Assembly (NCBI GenBank): GCA_046313055.1
Contig: JBKDDA010000052.1
Span: 4,175 to 68,174 of the forward strand
Length of the DNA stretch: 64,000 nt
From: Synechococcaceae cyanobacterium
GTDB taxonomy: Bacteria; Cyanobacteriota; Cyanobacteriia; PCC-6307; Cyanobiaceae
Direction of reading: 5' to 3'
Shown: piece after piece, positions 43,472 to 53,709 of the stretch
Numbering within the stretch: position 1 is the first letter of the stretch
Layout of the letters: each line of letters starts with the position of its first letter
The notes under the pieces: generated by a model
Database searches by the model: none
What the model was told of the DNA's origin: nothing
What the model saw: the letters and a program-made list of their open reading frames with translations, nothing else
Program-made: the position numbers and the translations under genes

Positions 43472-45472
43472 GTGCTGGAGTCCAGGGGTCCCAGGCTGGC
43501 GATCGTGGCCGCAGTGCAGGCAAGCCGCCTGCGGCTCAGCGTTGGCGCCGATGGCCGATCGCTGGTGCTGCCCCAACGCCAGGTGGAGCGTCTCTGCACG
43601 TTGCCCATGGGGCTGAACCCACCTGGTCGCCTGTCCGACGAACCGTGGCGGATCGATCAGCCGGTCCTGGCGTCCCATCGGCCGTCGCCCAGGGCCTGGG
43701 GAGCGGCCTGGATGCTGCTCCTCGAGGGGGGCGAAAACGTCAGCCTCGAGGACTTCACCGATCTGGTGACTGGGTCCACGGTCCCCGCCGCCCTGGCCGC
43801 CTGCTGGCTGGATCTGGTGGGCAATCAGACCCTGTTCCGCCTGCGCCAGCGGGAGGTGAGCGCCAGGCCCCTGGTTGATCTCAGGGGCCTGCGCCGTGAC
43901 CGCCGCCTGCAGCGGTTGAGGGAGGAACGGGAGCAGGCCTGGTTGCTGCTGCTGCAGCGCCGTCAGCCGCTGGACCGTGGGGCTCAGCCAGCCGACGTGA
44001 ATCAGCGCCTGGATCAACTGCAGCAGGTGGCGGCGGGGCGTCTGGAATTCGACCAGCTGGATCCAGCCCTGCGGCAGAGTCTCACGGCCCTTCGCCTGGG
44101 ACACGATCGCGGTGATCTGCGCCATCTGCTGGTCGCCCTCGGCCAGTGGGATCCCCACCAACTGGTGGCCATGGCCGGCACCCCCTGGAGCAGCGGCTTC
44201 TCGGCAGAACATCAGCAGGAGGCGGAACGTCTGCTGGCGCTCAACGCCGCAGAGCTCCCCGGCGATGCTGCGCGGTTGGATCTCACCGCCCAGCGTTGTC
44301 TGACGATCGACGACGACGAAACCCGCGACATCGACGACGGCATTGCCCTGGAACGCCTGGCAGGCGGGGGGCTGAGACTCTGGATCCATGTGGCCGATCC
44401 AGGCCGCCTGGTGCAGGCCGGCTCGCCGCTGGATCTGGAGGCCCGCCGCCGGGGCAGCAGCCTGTATCTGGCTGCCGGCACCCTGCCGATGTTTCCGGAG
44501 AGCCTTTCCACCGGTCCCTTCAGCCTGAGGGCCGGCGTGCGCAGCGCCGCCTGGAGCACCTGGGTGGACCTCTCCGAAGACGGAGCGATTCAGGCTTCCG
44601 GCATGCAGCGGAGCTGGGTGCGGCCCACATTCCGCCTCAGCTATGACGATGCCGATGACCTGATCGATCTGGCCCCCCCGGAGGAGGCGGATCTGGCCGC
44701 CATCGAACACCTGCTCTCGCGGCGTCGATCCTGGCGACTGGCACGGGGAGCCCTGACGATGGACCTGCCCGAGGGCCGGATCCGCTGTCGGCAAGGGGAA
44801 CCCGTGCTGGAGATCAGCGAGGCCGGACCATCCCGCCAGCTGGTCGCCGAAGCCATGATCCTGGCTGGTGCCGTGGCAGCCAGCTTCGGCCAGGAGCACC
44901 AGCTGGCCCTCCCTTACCGCAGCCAGCTGCCGGCGGAACTGCCACCCGCTGCTGAACTTGAGGGTCTGCCCGATGGGGCCGTGCGCTTCGCCGCCATCAG
45001 GCGCTGCCTCACTCGCGGTCTGATGGGAACGGAACCCGCAGCCCATTTCAGCCTTGGGTTGCCGGCTTACGTGCAGGCCACCTCGCCGATCCGCCGTTAC
45101 GGGGATCTGGTGGTGCAGCGCCAGATCGGGGCGCTGCTCGATGACGGCCAGCCCCTGGAGCGACCGGCCCTGCAGGAGTTGCTCGATCAGTTTGATGGCG
45201 CGGTGCGGGAGGGGCTGGCCATCGCCCGCGAAGACCAGCGCCACTGGCAGCAGGTGTGGTTCGAGGCCCATCGCAGCGAGCAGTGGCGGGCCTGCTTTCT
45301 CCGCTGGCTGCGCCCCCAGGATCGCCTCGGTCTGGTGCGGATCGAGGCCCTGGCCATGGACCTGGCAGCCGAATGTCCCCATCAGGTTCAGCCGGGGGAT
45401 GGCCTTCTGCTGCGGGTTCAACAGGTCGATTCCCTGCGGGACCAGCTGCGGCTGGTGACCTCATCCAGCTGA
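43472..45472 (+). CDS. RNB-family exoribonuclease (RNase II/R-like)
   Basis: Has RNB catalytic blocks (DDDETRDIDDGIALE, SLYLAAGTLPMFPE and ATSPIRRYGDLVVQRQ). 666 aa. GTG start. Confidence 0.88.
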   Translation: MLESRGPRLAIVAAVQASRLRLSVGADGRSLVLPQRQVERLCTLPMGLNPPGRLSDEPWRIDQPVLASHRPSPRAWGAAWMLLLEGGENVSLEDFTDLVTGSTVPAALAACWLDLVGNQTLFRLRQREVSARPLVDLRGLRRDRRLQRLREEREQAWLLLLQRRQPLDRGAQPADVNQRLDQLQQVAAGRLEFDQLDPALRQSLTALRLGHDRGDLRHLLVALGQWDPHQLVAMAGTPWSSGFSAEHQQEAERLLALNAAELPGDAARLDLTAQRCLTIDDDETRDIDDGIALERLAGGGLRLWIHVADPGRLVQAGSPLDLEARRRGSSLYLAAGTLPMFPESLSTGPFSLRAGVRSAAWSTWVDLSEDGAIQASGMQRSWVRPTFRLSYDDADDLIDLAPPEEADLAAIEHLLSRRRSWRLARGALTMDLPEGRIRCRQGEPVLEISEAGPSRQLVAEAMILAGAVAASFGQEHQLALPYRSQLPAELPPAAELEGLPDGAVRFAAIRRCLTRGLMGTEPAAHFSLGLPAYVQATSPIRRYGDLVVQRQIGALLDDGQPLERPALQELLDQFDGAVREGLAIAREDQRHWQQVWFEAHRSEQWRACFLRWLRPQDRLGLVRIEALAMDLAAECPHQVQPGDGLLLRVQQVDSLRDQLRLVTSSS

Positions 45473-45479
45473 ACAGCGA

Positions 45480-47327
45480 TCAGGCCAGCCTTGATGCCCT
45501 CAGCCAGGGCCCCCAGGGGTTGGCACAGCCGATCAGCGTCACTCCTGGGAGCGGGCGGTCCTGCCGGCTCAGCCAGACGTGGAGCTCGGGTTCCAGGGTG
45601 ATCAGCGGCCATTGGCCGCCGCCATCCAGCTCCAGGCAGTAGGCACCCTGCCCATCGGGGACCAGTCGCCCCCGCCAGAGCCGCTCACCGGGCTCAGCGC
45701 CGGCACCGGCATCGGCTGCAGCCGGTGCTGCCACGCCGGCTGGATCGGTCCCGAGCCAGCGGCCATCGCTGGCCAACAGACCTGGATCCTCAAGCACCGC
45801 CCGCTGCCGGTTGCGCCAGTGGGGATGGTGCCAGGGGGTGTCCCACAGGGGCACCACGGCCGCTGGGGCCAGGGGATCGGCGAGCAGGGCCTCCTGGAGC
45901 CAGCGGACCGGCAGCTGGCCGGGGGGACGCCGGTGGCGCACCGCCAGGGCCGCCGCAGCACCGGCCGCCTGGCCGATGTTGAGGATCAGGGGTTGCAGCC
46001 GGGTGGCACCATTGGCCATGTGGCTGGTGCTGAAGGCCTTGTCGGCGGCCAGCAGGTTTTCCACCTCAGCACTCACCAGGGACCCATAGGGAATGGCGAA
46101 GGGGGTGCCGCTCCAGCGCCCGCCCCAGCGACAGCTTTTTGGGGCCAGGGGCCAGTCGGCGCCCGGGTAGTGGTGATCGTTGGCGTAGTTGCCCACGGCG
46201 ATTGACTCCACCGCGCCGTCTGCATCCAGGGGCAGCGGGGCGATGGACTGGCCGGCAGCGATCGGAAGCAGATGCTGTTCAAGCACCAGTCGCTGCCCCA
46301 CCAGCCGCCGGCCTTCGCGCCAGTAGGGCATCACAGCCAGCGATGGTGATGGGGCGCCCGAGTCGGCGGGAAAGGCCTGGCCAAGTGACAGCCAGCCCCC
46401 GCTGGCCTCCCTGAGGGCCGCTGCGAAGGCCAGGCTGTGGCTGCGCATCTCCCCGGCCAGTTCCTCCTGTCGGTTGACCTCAACAGAGAAGGCCCGATCC
46501 AGACCCTGGTGCCAGTCATTGCCGTGCAGGGGCCAGTTGAGCATCACCAGGCCGCCTGGCAGGCGGCCGTAGGACAGGGTCTTCTCCAGGCCGAAGGCTC
46601 GGCAGGCCTCCGTGAACGGCGCCGGCAGCAGCGGCACGCCCTGGGGATCCAGACCCTGCAGTGGATCCGCCGGGAGATGGTCGCTGGCCAGCTGGCCCAT
46701 CACCACCCAGGTGGGTGACTGCACCGGTTGCTGCTGAAAGAAGGCGTCGTTGCGCAGGCGTTCGGCGCTGGGCGCACTGGGTTCGCCCCACGCCTCCTGG
46801 GGTTCCCAGCCCAGACGATGGGCCGCATCGGCCAGGGGCAGCAGATCACCCCGGTCGCTGCCGTCGATCAGCACCTCCAGGCTGAGCCGCACCTGCTCCT
46901 GGTCCCGCTGCACCAGCACCGCGACGACCCGGCGGCCCTGCCGCTCCACCGCCAGGATCCGGGTGTGGGGCCACCACTGCAGACGGTTGGTTGCCTGCAC
47001 CCAGCGCTGCAGGATCGCCTCGGCGGTGGTGGGTCGGTAGCCGAAGCAGCTGACCCAGTTGTGGTCCAGCCCTTGGGGTTCCTCCCGGGCGAGGGCCCGC
47101 AGCAGGGCACCCCAGAGGCCTGTCTGCCAGGGCGTGAGTTCGTTGCCATCGGGACAGCAGACCCCGGCGGCACTGACCATTCCTCCAAGCCAGGCACCCG
47201 GTGTGAGCAACAGGGTCGCTGCCCCACTGCGTGCGGCCTGGAGAGCGGCGGCCACACCGCCCGTGCCCCCGCCCCAGACCACCACCGGCACGGTGTCGCT
47301 GCTGGGGGATGCCATCGGATCGACCAC
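45480..47327 (-). CDS. FAD-dependent oxidoreductase
   Basis: The N-terminal VVVWGGGTGGVAAALQAARSGA...GGM block is a dinucleotide-binding fold (GxGxxG). 615 aa. The specific function is unknown. Confidence 0.75.
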   Translation of the reverse strand: MVDPMASPSSDTVPVVVWGGGTGGVAAALQAARSGAATLLLTPGAWLGGMVSAAGVCCPDGNELTPWQTGLWGALLRALAREEPQGLDHNWVSCFGYRPTTAEAILQRWVQATNRLQWWPHTRILAVERQGRRVVAVLVQRDQEQVRLSLEVLIDGSDRGDLLPLADAAHRLGWEPQEAWGEPSAPSAERLRNDAFFQQQPVQSPTWVVMGQLASDHLPADPLQGLDPQGVPLLPAPFTEACRAFGLEKTLSYGRLPGGLVMLNWPLHGNDWHQGLDRAFSVEVNRQEELAGEMRSHSLAFAAALREASGGWLSLGQAFPADSGAPSPSLAVMPYWREGRRLVGQRLVLEQHLLPIAAGQSIAPLPLDADGAVESIAVGNYANDHHYPGADWPLAPKSCRWGGRWSGTPFAIPYGSLVSAEVENLLAADKAFSTSHMANGATRLQPLILNIGQAAGAAAALAVRHRRPPGQLPVRWLQEALLADPLAPAAVVPLWDTPWHHPHWRNRQRAVLEDPGLLASDGRWLGTDPAGVAAPAAADAGAGAEPGERLWRGRLVPDGQGAYCLELDGGGQWPLITLEPELHVWLSRQDRPLPGVTLIGCANPWGPWLRASRLA

Positions 47328-47376
47328 CGTCGTGGGGGCAGGATGCCACGGCAGAGCCCCGGTAGGATCGACTTTT

Positions 47377-48960
47377 GTGTGGAGCGCCCCGGTGCCTTAC
47401 ACGCTCACCACACCGCTCTACTACGTCAACGACCGACCCCATCTGGGCAGCACTTACACCACGATCGCCTGCGATGCGGTTGCCCGCTATCGGCGGCTGC
47501 AGGGCGAGCAGGTGGTGTTCATCACCGGCTGCGATGAACATGGTCTGAAGATCCAGCGCACGGCTGATGCCGCCGGAGTCAGCCCCCAGCAGCACTGCGA
47601 CATGGTCAGTGCCGGATTTCAGGATCTATGGCAACGCTGGCAGATCAGCAACGACCGGTTCATTCGTACAACCGATCCCCGCCATCTCCAGATTGTTGAA
47701 CAGTTCTACACCCGTGTGAATGGTGCCGGCGATGTGCTGGAGGGTCGCCAGCAGGGCTGGTATTGCGTGGCCTGTGAAGAATACAAGGATGAATCGACCA
47801 CGGCCCAGTCTCCCCAGTGTTCAATCCATCAACGGCCTCTTGAATGGCGTGATGAAGTCAATCTCTTCTTCCGGCTGTCTCGATATCAGAAACAGATAGA
47901 AGAGCTGGTAGCCAGAGACGATTTCATCCAGCCCGCATCAAGGCGGCGTGAAGTCCAGAATTTTGTGGCCCAGGGCCTGCGAGATTTTTCCATCTCACGG
48001 GTGGACCTTCCCTGGGGAATTCCAGTTCCGGGCCACCCTGGCCACACTTTCTACGTCTGGTTTGATGCTCTTTTGGGATACATCACTGCCCTGCTCGAAC
48101 CCCATGACCCCCCCCAGCTGGAGCTGGCCGTGAGTCGAGGCTGGCCTGCCTCACTGCATGTGATCGGCAAGGACATTCTGCGGTTCCACGCCGTGTTCTG
48201 GCCAGCCATGTTGATGGCCGCAGATCTGCCCCTGCCGCGGCAGGTATTCGGCCATGGATTTCTCACCCGAGAGGGTCAGAAAATGGGCAAGTCTCTTGGC
48301 AATGTTCTTGATCCTGAGGTGCTGCTTGATCGCTGCGGCAGAGATGCGGTGCGCTGGTATCTCTTGAGGGACATCAACTTTGGTGATGACGGTGATTTTC
48401 AGCAACAAAGATTCATCGATCTGGTCAACAGTGAACTGGCCAACACCATCGGCAATTTGCTGAACCGCACGTCATCGATGGCCCGCAAGTGGTTTGCCGA
48501 TGCCGTGCCCCAGCCTGGCCCGGCACTCCAGGTGGAGCATGTTCTGGCCGCCGCCGCCGCCGCCGCCGCTGAAGGCTTCTGCCAGGGCATGGAGCGCCTT
48601 GATTTCCGCCAGGCCGCCGATGCGCTGCTGGCCCTGGCGGATGCCGCCAATGGCTACCTCAACAACCGCGCTCCCTGGAGCCTGATGAAGCAACCGGGCA
48701 AGGAGAACGAGGTGGCCGCCGATCTCTACGCCGTGCTGGAGTCGTGCCGCTGGCTGGGGGTGCTGTTGGCTCCTCTGCTGCCGGACCTGTCGGAGCGCAT
48801 GTTGGCCCAGCTGGGCTGCGGGCCGGTGCTGTCTGGCTGTGGCCATCGGGCTGAACGGTCGTGGATCGCTGACCTGCGCTGGGGCGACCTGCCGGCCGGT
48901 TCTCCCCTGCCCCAGCCGGTGCCGGTCCTGCAGCGGATCGAGCTTGATCAGCCTCTGTGA
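47377..48960 (+). CDS. metG: Methionyl-tRNA synthetase
   Basis: Contains PLYYVNDRPHLGSTYT (HIGH region), a Cys knuckle (CVACEEY...CSIH) and the KMSKS-type motif KMGKSLGN. The start is GTG at 47377 or 47392. The listed ORF start (47059) lies inside the divergent gene. Confidence 0.95.
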   Translation: MWSAPVPYTLTTPLYYVNDRPHLGSTYTTIACDAVARYRRLQGEQVVFITGCDEHGLKIQRTADAAGVSPQQHCDMVSAGFQDLWQRWQISNDRFIRTTDPRHLQIVEQFYTRVNGAGDVLEGRQQGWYCVACEEYKDESTTAQSPQCSIHQRPLEWRDEVNLFFRLSRYQKQIEELVARDDFIQPASRRREVQNFVAQGLRDFSISRVDLPWGIPVPGHPGHTFYVWFDALLGYITALLEPHDPPQLELAVSRGWPASLHVIGKDILRFHAVFWPAMLMAADLPLPRQVFGHGFLTREGQKMGKSLGNVLDPEVLLDRCGRDAVRWYLLRDINFGDDGDFQQQRFIDLVNSELANTIGNLLNRTSSMARKWFADAVPQPGPALQVEHVLAAAAAAAAEGFCQGMERLDFRQAADALLALADAANGYLNNRAPWSLMKQPGKENEVAADLYAVLESCRWLGVLLAPLLPDLSERMLAQLGCGPVLSGCGHRAERSWIADLRWGDLPAGSPLPQPVPVLQRIELDQPL

Positions 48961-50093
48961 TGCGCCCGACCGGTCTGGCTGTTGCCCTGATTCCCCTGCT
49001 GTTGATGGCCTGCGACCGACCTCCTCCCCGGTCGGAGACGGCACCGGCGTTTGTCTTCCGTTCCCTGCGGCTGCGCCATCAGGATGACCGGGGGCGCACG
49101 GGCTGGGAACTCAGCAGCCCCGAAACCCGGTACGACGTCCGCCGCCGGCTGGCGCGGGCCCGCAACCCCCTTGGCGTGATTCATGCCAAGGGATCGCCCC
49201 TCTACCGATTGTCCGCCCGCAGCGGCACGGTGCTCAATGACGGCCAGGTGATCCTGCTGGAGGGTCAGGCCCGGATTGAACGGCTCGGTCCGTCACCAGT
49301 CCTGATTCAGGGTCGCCGCCTGCGCTGGATTCCCTCTCGGGGGGAGGTGCTGATCGACCGATCTCCGCAGGCGAACACCGGCCCATTCCGCCTGCTGGCC
49401 CGGCGGGCCACCCTGTTCACCACCCTGGATCGACTGGATCTGGAGGGAAGGCCCGAGCTTCAGCGCTGGCAGGAGGGCAGGCCGATCGGTCGCGGATCAC
49501 CGGAGATGGTCCTGAGCGCCGGCCCCGTGCGCTGGCACCCCGGCACCGGCGCCCTGCGCGCAGCCGGTCCAGTTGCCATGCAGCGCCGGCCTGACGGTGG
49601 TCCCATTGGTCAGGCGCCGCAGCGGCTCAGTGCCGCCGGGCTCGTGGGTAACACCTCGGCGCAGTGGCTGGAACTGGGGGCCCCCGTGCAGATCCGTGAT
49701 CCGGCGGAGACACTTCAGCTGAGCCTGGGCCGGGTGCGGCTGAACCTGATCGACGGCACCGCCTCCAGCCCTGATCCCTTCAGTGGCTCCCAGGGCCGCG
49801 TGCGGCTGCGGGGGCGTGGCCTGACCTTCAACCAGGCCGACCATCGGATCAGTGTCAGCCAGGGGTGCCACCTGCAGCGGCCGGATGCCACTCTGCAGGC
49901 CCGGCAGTGCCGCTGGAACTGGCGCGACCAGTCCATTGCCGCCAACGGCGATGTGCAGCTGAACGACCTCCGGCAGGGCAGAACCACCCGCAGCCAGGTG
50001 CTGGAGGGTCGACTTGGCGAGGGGGCAGCCCTGACGTTCTCCTCCCCCGGTGGTCGCGTGGTCAGTCGCATGCCTGTGGCAGCTCCCCGTTGA
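48957..50093 (+). CDS. LptC/OstA-like periplasmic lipoprotein (LPS export related)
   Basis: Has a lipoprotein-type signal (LIPLLLMAC) and repeated beta-rich segments like the long cyanobacterial LptC-related proteins. The family call is tentative. Confidence 0.55.
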   Translation: MMRPTGLAVALIPLLLMACDRPPPRSETAPAFVFRSLRLRHQDDRGRTGWELSSPETRYDVRRRLARARNPLGVIHAKGSPLYRLSARSGTVLNDGQVILLEGQARIERLGPSPVLIQGRRLRWIPSRGEVLIDRSPQANTGPFRLLARRATLFTTLDRLDLEGRPELQRWQEGRPIGRGSPEMVLSAGPVRWHPGTGALRAAGPVAMQRRPDGGPIGQAPQRLSAAGLVGNTSAQWLELGAPVQIRDPAETLQLSLGRVRLNLIDGTASSPDPFSGSQGRVRLRGRGLTFNQADHRISVSQGCHLQRPDATLQARQCRWNWRDQSIAANGDVQLNDLRQGRTTRSQVLEGRLGEGAALTFSSPGGRVVSRMPVAAPR

Positions 50094-50715
50094 GCTCAGC
50101 GATCAGGGGAGCCAGCCTGCGGGCCCAGCCTTCACACCAGATCAGATCCGAGCGGCTGAAGCAACGGGCCGACCAGCCGCCGACAATCAGCCATCCGCAC
50201 GCGCCGATCGGTTGCACCAGCACGGAGGGCAAGTTCGCCAGCAGTGGCGCAAATTCATCGCGGCCGGGGTAGAGGCGAAGGTCCACCAGGGAGATGGCAC
50301 GACCCCGTTCCTGGCAGCGGTGGCAGATCGGCCCCGGCACGAACGGCGTGGACGCCAGCAGACCGCGCCTTAGCAGCGTGCGATCTCCCCTGTGCACGAG
50401 CACGACAGCCGCCGGGGTGGCCGTCAGCAACATCTGGCTGCCCCAGGCCAGTTCCTGCCTGAGAGCGTCGTCCAGATCCTCTACCAGCACCAGGCCCTCC
50501 TCGCCCTCAAGCTCGGCCCGGTCAGCCTCAAGCGGCTCAATGCGGTTCCAGAGGGAGCCCACCAGCATCAGCGCCACGGCCAGGGCACCGGCCAGCACCG
50601 AGGCCCTCTGGAGGGCCGGCTGAGCCACGGGCTCCAGGCCCTGATTCACAGCGGCGATCGCCAGGGCCAGGGCGCCGCCGATCACGCAGATGCGGGCGGC
50701 GGGGGGAGACGCCAT
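50062..50715 (-). CDS. Cofactor assembly of complex C (CCB)-like protein, possibly a cytochrome b6f heme ci assembly factor
   Basis: ATG at 50715 (MASPPAARICVIGGALALAIAAV...). Two N-terminal TM helices are followed by a soluble domain. The resemblance to cyanobacterial CCB2/CCB4-type proteins is from memory. Confidence 0.5.
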   Translation of the reverse strand: MASPPAARICVIGGALALAIAAVNQGLEPVAQPALQRASVLAGALAVALMLVGSLWNRIEPLEADRAELEGEEGLVLVEDLDDALRQELAWGSQMLLTATPAAVVLVHRGDRTLLRRGLLASTPFVPGPICHRCQERGRAISLVDLRLYPGRDEFAPLLANLPSVLVQPIGACGWLIVGGWSARCFSRSDLIWCEGWARRLAPLIAELNGELPQACD

Positions 50716-50798
50716 GGGGCCGCTCGTCAGCTTGTCCCATCTTCCCTGCTGCTGGCTTCTGCTGTGGGGGGCAGACTGGTGACGGTTGCCGTTTCGCC

Positions 50799-51467
50799 TT
50801 GGCCGCTCTTCACGCCCTGCTGCTGTCGCTGCTTCTGCTGCTTTCGATCGCGGTTTCACCGGTGCTGGCCCTCGGGGTGTCGGACCTGCCGGCGCTGCCA
50901 CCGTCGGACCCGGTGCTTGACCACTCGGCGGTGCTCAGCCGTTCGGCCCAGGCGGAGATCAGCCGCAGGCTGCAGTCGTTCGATGGGGATCGCATTGATG
51001 CACGGCTGGTCACCGTGGACCACCTCGACTACGGCCTGGGCCTGGAGCAGCTGGCCCGGCAGCTGCAGCAGCGCTGGTCCAGTGACCGGCCGGAGGGTTC
51101 CAGACCCCTGTTGCTGATGGTGATCGACACCCAGAACAGCGCCGTGGCCCTGGTGGCCGATCCGCTGATCACCGGCCAGGTGCCCGATGAGGTGCTGGCC
51201 AGCACGGCCCGCGGCACGGTGGCTCCGCTGCTGCGCGATGGTGGTCGCTATCGCCAGGCTGTGCTCAGTGGTCTGGATCGGCTGGCGGTGGTGCTGCGGG
51301 GCGGCGACGATCCCGGTGAACCGGAAGAGGCGGAGGTGGTGGTGGCGCCCACCAACGTGCCCACCCAGGAAGAGACCGCCGCCAGCCATGCCTTCACCTG
51401 GGTTGTGGTGCTGCTGGTGGTGGGATCGGTCGTTCCCATGCTCACGTGGTGGGTCTTCTCCCGCTGA
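50799..51467 (+). CDS. TPM-domain protein (TLP18.3/Psb32-like)
   Basis: Has a signal peptide, then VLDHSAVLSRSAQAEISRRLQSFDGDRIDARLVTV (the TPM phosphatase-domain pattern) and a C-terminal TM helix (FTWVVVLLVVGSVVPMLTWWV). Confidence 0.7.
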   Translation: MAALHALLLSLLLLLSIAVSPVLALGVSDLPALPPSDPVLDHSAVLSRSAQAEISRRLQSFDGDRIDARLVTVDHLDYGLGLEQLARQLQQRWSSDRPEGSRPLLLMVIDTQNSAVALVADPLITGQVPDEVLASTARGTVAPLLRDGGRYRQAVLSGLDRLAVVLRGGDDPGEPEEAEVVVAPTNVPTQEETAASHAFTWVVVLLVVGSVVPMLTWWVFSR

Positions 51468-51488
51468 TCCAACCGTTCCCCGAGAACC

Positions 51489-52634
51489 ATGGGCCTCACT
51501 GACTGGATCGGAGCGTTCGGCAGAGCCAGCTCCCTCGATCTCAGCAACGACCTCGAGCGCGGTTATGAGGCGGCCCTGCTGATCCAGAGCATTGAGCTGG
51601 AGCACTACAACGATCGCCCCGTGCGGCCGGAACTGGAACTCAGCCTGCCCAAGGGCATTCAGGCCCAGATCCTCAGAAGGTTCCGAACCGCCCTGCAACT
51701 GTGCCGCCAGGCGCTCGAAACGATCGAAGCCCGCCGCAGCGAACTGAGTGGCCAGGAACTGCGGCAGGCCCAGTTGATCGAAGCCGTGGTGGCCCGCTAC
51801 GACACCCGCCGCCGTGCCTTGCCAGCCCTCAGCCGCAAGACCGAGGTGCTGCCACGCAGTCTGATCGGCGTGGTCGACCAGGTGCGGCGGCAGCTGGATC
51901 CTGAAGCGGAAGCCTCTGTGGTGGCCGGTTTCCGTCGCCGGCGTGACTCCACAGTGGTGTCGCTGCGGATTCTGCTGCTGCTGATTCTCGTGCCGGTGCT
52001 GTTCCAGCAGGCGAGCCGCACCTATCTGGTCTCACCCCTGGTCGACCGGTTTGCGCCCCACAATGCATTTCTGACCTACCCGAAGCCCAACCTGGAGGAG
52101 AGGGCAGTTGAGAAGCTGCGCATTTTCCAGGCCGAAATCGAATTTGATGCCCTGCTCAAGGGAGAGGAACTGCCAAGCCGCGAAGCTCTCCAGAAGCGAT
52201 TGATGGAACGGGCCCAGCAACTGAAGCAAGAGGCCGACGCCGAAAGCACCCATGCCATCAAGAACGTGCTGGCTGACCTCTGTGGTCTGATTGGCTTTGC
52301 CGTTGTCTGCATTTTTGGCCGCCGCGATATCCAGATTCTGAGGGCGTTCATTGATGAGCTTGTCTATGGACTCAGCGATAGCGCGAAGGCCTTTTCAATT
52401 ATTTTGTTTACCGACATATTCGTTGGCTTTCATAGCCCTGAGGGTTGGACTGTGCTGCTGGACGGGGTTGCCGAGCATCTTGGCTTGCCGGCACGCGAGA
52501 ATTTTATCATGCTTTTTATTGCCACATTTCCCGTGATTCTGGCGACCATCTTTAAATACTGGATTTTCCGATATCTCAATCGTGTGTCACCTTCGTCTGT
52601 GGCCACTCTCCGCAACATGAACGGTGGCAGTTGA
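51489..52634 (+). CDS. cemA: Proton extrusion / envelope membrane protein CemA (PcxA)
   Basis: The C-terminal block HSPEGWTVLLD...FIATFPVILATIFKYWIFRYLNRVSPSSVATLRNMN is the CemA signature. Confidence 0.9.
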   Translation: MGLTDWIGAFGRASSLDLSNDLERGYEAALLIQSIELEHYNDRPVRPELELSLPKGIQAQILRRFRTALQLCRQALETIEARRSELSGQELRQAQLIEAVVARYDTRRRALPALSRKTEVLPRSLIGVVDQVRRQLDPEAEASVVAGFRRRRDSTVVSLRILLLLILVPVLFQQASRTYLVSPLVDRFAPHNAFLTYPKPNLEERAVEKLRIFQAEIEFDALLKGEELPSREALQKRLMERAQQLKQEADAESTHAIKNVLADLCGLIGFAVVCIFGRRDIQILRAFIDELVYGLSDSAKAFSIILFTDIFVGFHSPEGWTVLLDGVAEHLGLPARENFIMLFIATFPVILATIFKYWIFRYLNRVSPSSVATLRNMNGGS

Positions 52635-53218
52635 GCGTGGCTGATGATCTGACTGCCGATCCTGCACTGGGGCTGCAGGCGGGACTGATCCTGGTGAGCG
52701 GACCCTCCGGGGGTGGCAAGAGCCTCTGGGCCGAGCACCTGGCCGCCGCCAGCGACCGCCCGGTGGTGTATCTGGCGACAGGACCCCTGCTGCCGCACGA
52801 TCCGGACTGGCAACAACGGCTGGATCGCCACCGCCAGCGCCGGCCCGCTCACTGGCAGACCCGCGACGTGGGTCCAGATCTGGCCCCAGCCTTGAACGCC
52901 CTGGGCCACGAGCAGCTGGCTCTGGTGGATTCTCTGGGCACTTGGGTGAGCGCACGCCTTCAGGAACCGTCCGTGGCCTGGCAGGAGCGCACCAGCGAGT
53001 TGCTGGCCGCCATCGACGCATGCCGATCCCCGGTGATCATGGTCTGCGAGGAAGTGGGCTGGGGGGTGGTGCCTGCCACCGCTGAAGGCCATTGTTTCCG
53101 GGAGCGACTCACAGCTCTGGAACGGCACCTGGCACAACGCTGCGACCGCGCCTGGCTGGTGGTTCAACACCGGGCCCTGGATCTGCACCGGCTGGGCGCA
53201 CCGGTGCCGGATCCCTGA
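52631..53218 (+). CDS. cobU: Adenosylcobinamide kinase / adenosylcobinamide-phosphate guanylyltransferase
   Basis: Has a P-loop (LVSGPSGGGKS) and VMVCEEVGWGVVP. 195 aa. Its start overlaps the cemA stop. Confidence 0.88.
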   Translation: MSVADDLTADPALGLQAGLILVSGPSGGGKSLWAEHLAAASDRPVVYLATGPLLPHDPDWQQRLDRHRQRRPAHWQTRDVGPDLAPALNALGHEQLALVDSLGTWVSARLQEPSVAWQERTSELLAAIDACRSPVIMVCEEVGWGVVPATAEGHCFRERLTALERHLAQRCDRAWLVVQHRALDLHRLGAPVPDP

Positions 53219-53709
53219 TGGCACCCCGCGTTGTGCTGTTTCAACCGCAGATCCCACCCAACACGGGCAATGTGGCGCGCACCTGTGCCGCCCTGGGCCG
53301 GGAGCTGCACCTGATCGAACCACTGGGTTTTGCCATCACCGACCGGCACCTGCGCCGGGCCGGGCTCGATTACTGGCCCTGGGTCGACCTGCACCGCCAT
53401 GCCGACCTGGACGCCTTCGAGCGCAGCCGCCGCCCCAGGGGTGGACGCCTGCTGGCCTTCACCGCCCACGCCACGACAAGCCTCTGGGATCACCGCTTCG
53501 ACAACGACGACTGGCTGCTGTTCGGTCGTGAGGCCGATGGCCTGCCGGCCGAGCTGCAGCAGCAGGCCGACCTGCGTCTGCGCATCCCCATGCCCCATGG
53601 CGCCGCCACCGGGCTCGGCGGCGTGCGCAGCCTCAACCTCGCCGTGGCCGTGGCCGTGGCGCTGTTCGAGGCGGAGCGCCAGATTCAGCATCCGCTCACC
53701 GATGCATGA
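53218..53709 (+). CDS. trmL: tRNA (cytidine/uridine-2'-O-)-methyltransferase TrmL (SpoU family)
   Basis: Contains MAPRVVLFQPQIPPNTGNVARTCAALG and SLNLAVAVAVALFEA. Its ATG overlaps the cobU stop (TGATG). Confidence 0.88.
   Translation: MAPRVVLFQPQIPPNTGNVARTCAALGRELHLIEPLGFAITDRHLRRAGLDYWPWVDLHRHADLDAFERSRRPRGGRLLAFTAHATTSLWDHRFDNDDWLLFGREADGLPAELQQQADLRLRIPMPHGAATGLGGVRSLNLAVAVAVALFEAERQIQHPLTDA

Noticed and set aside
43340-45421. 693-aa minus-strand ORF opposite the RNB exoribonuclease gene
   Set aside because: It is antisense to a gene with clear RNB catalytic motifs and has no domain of its own.
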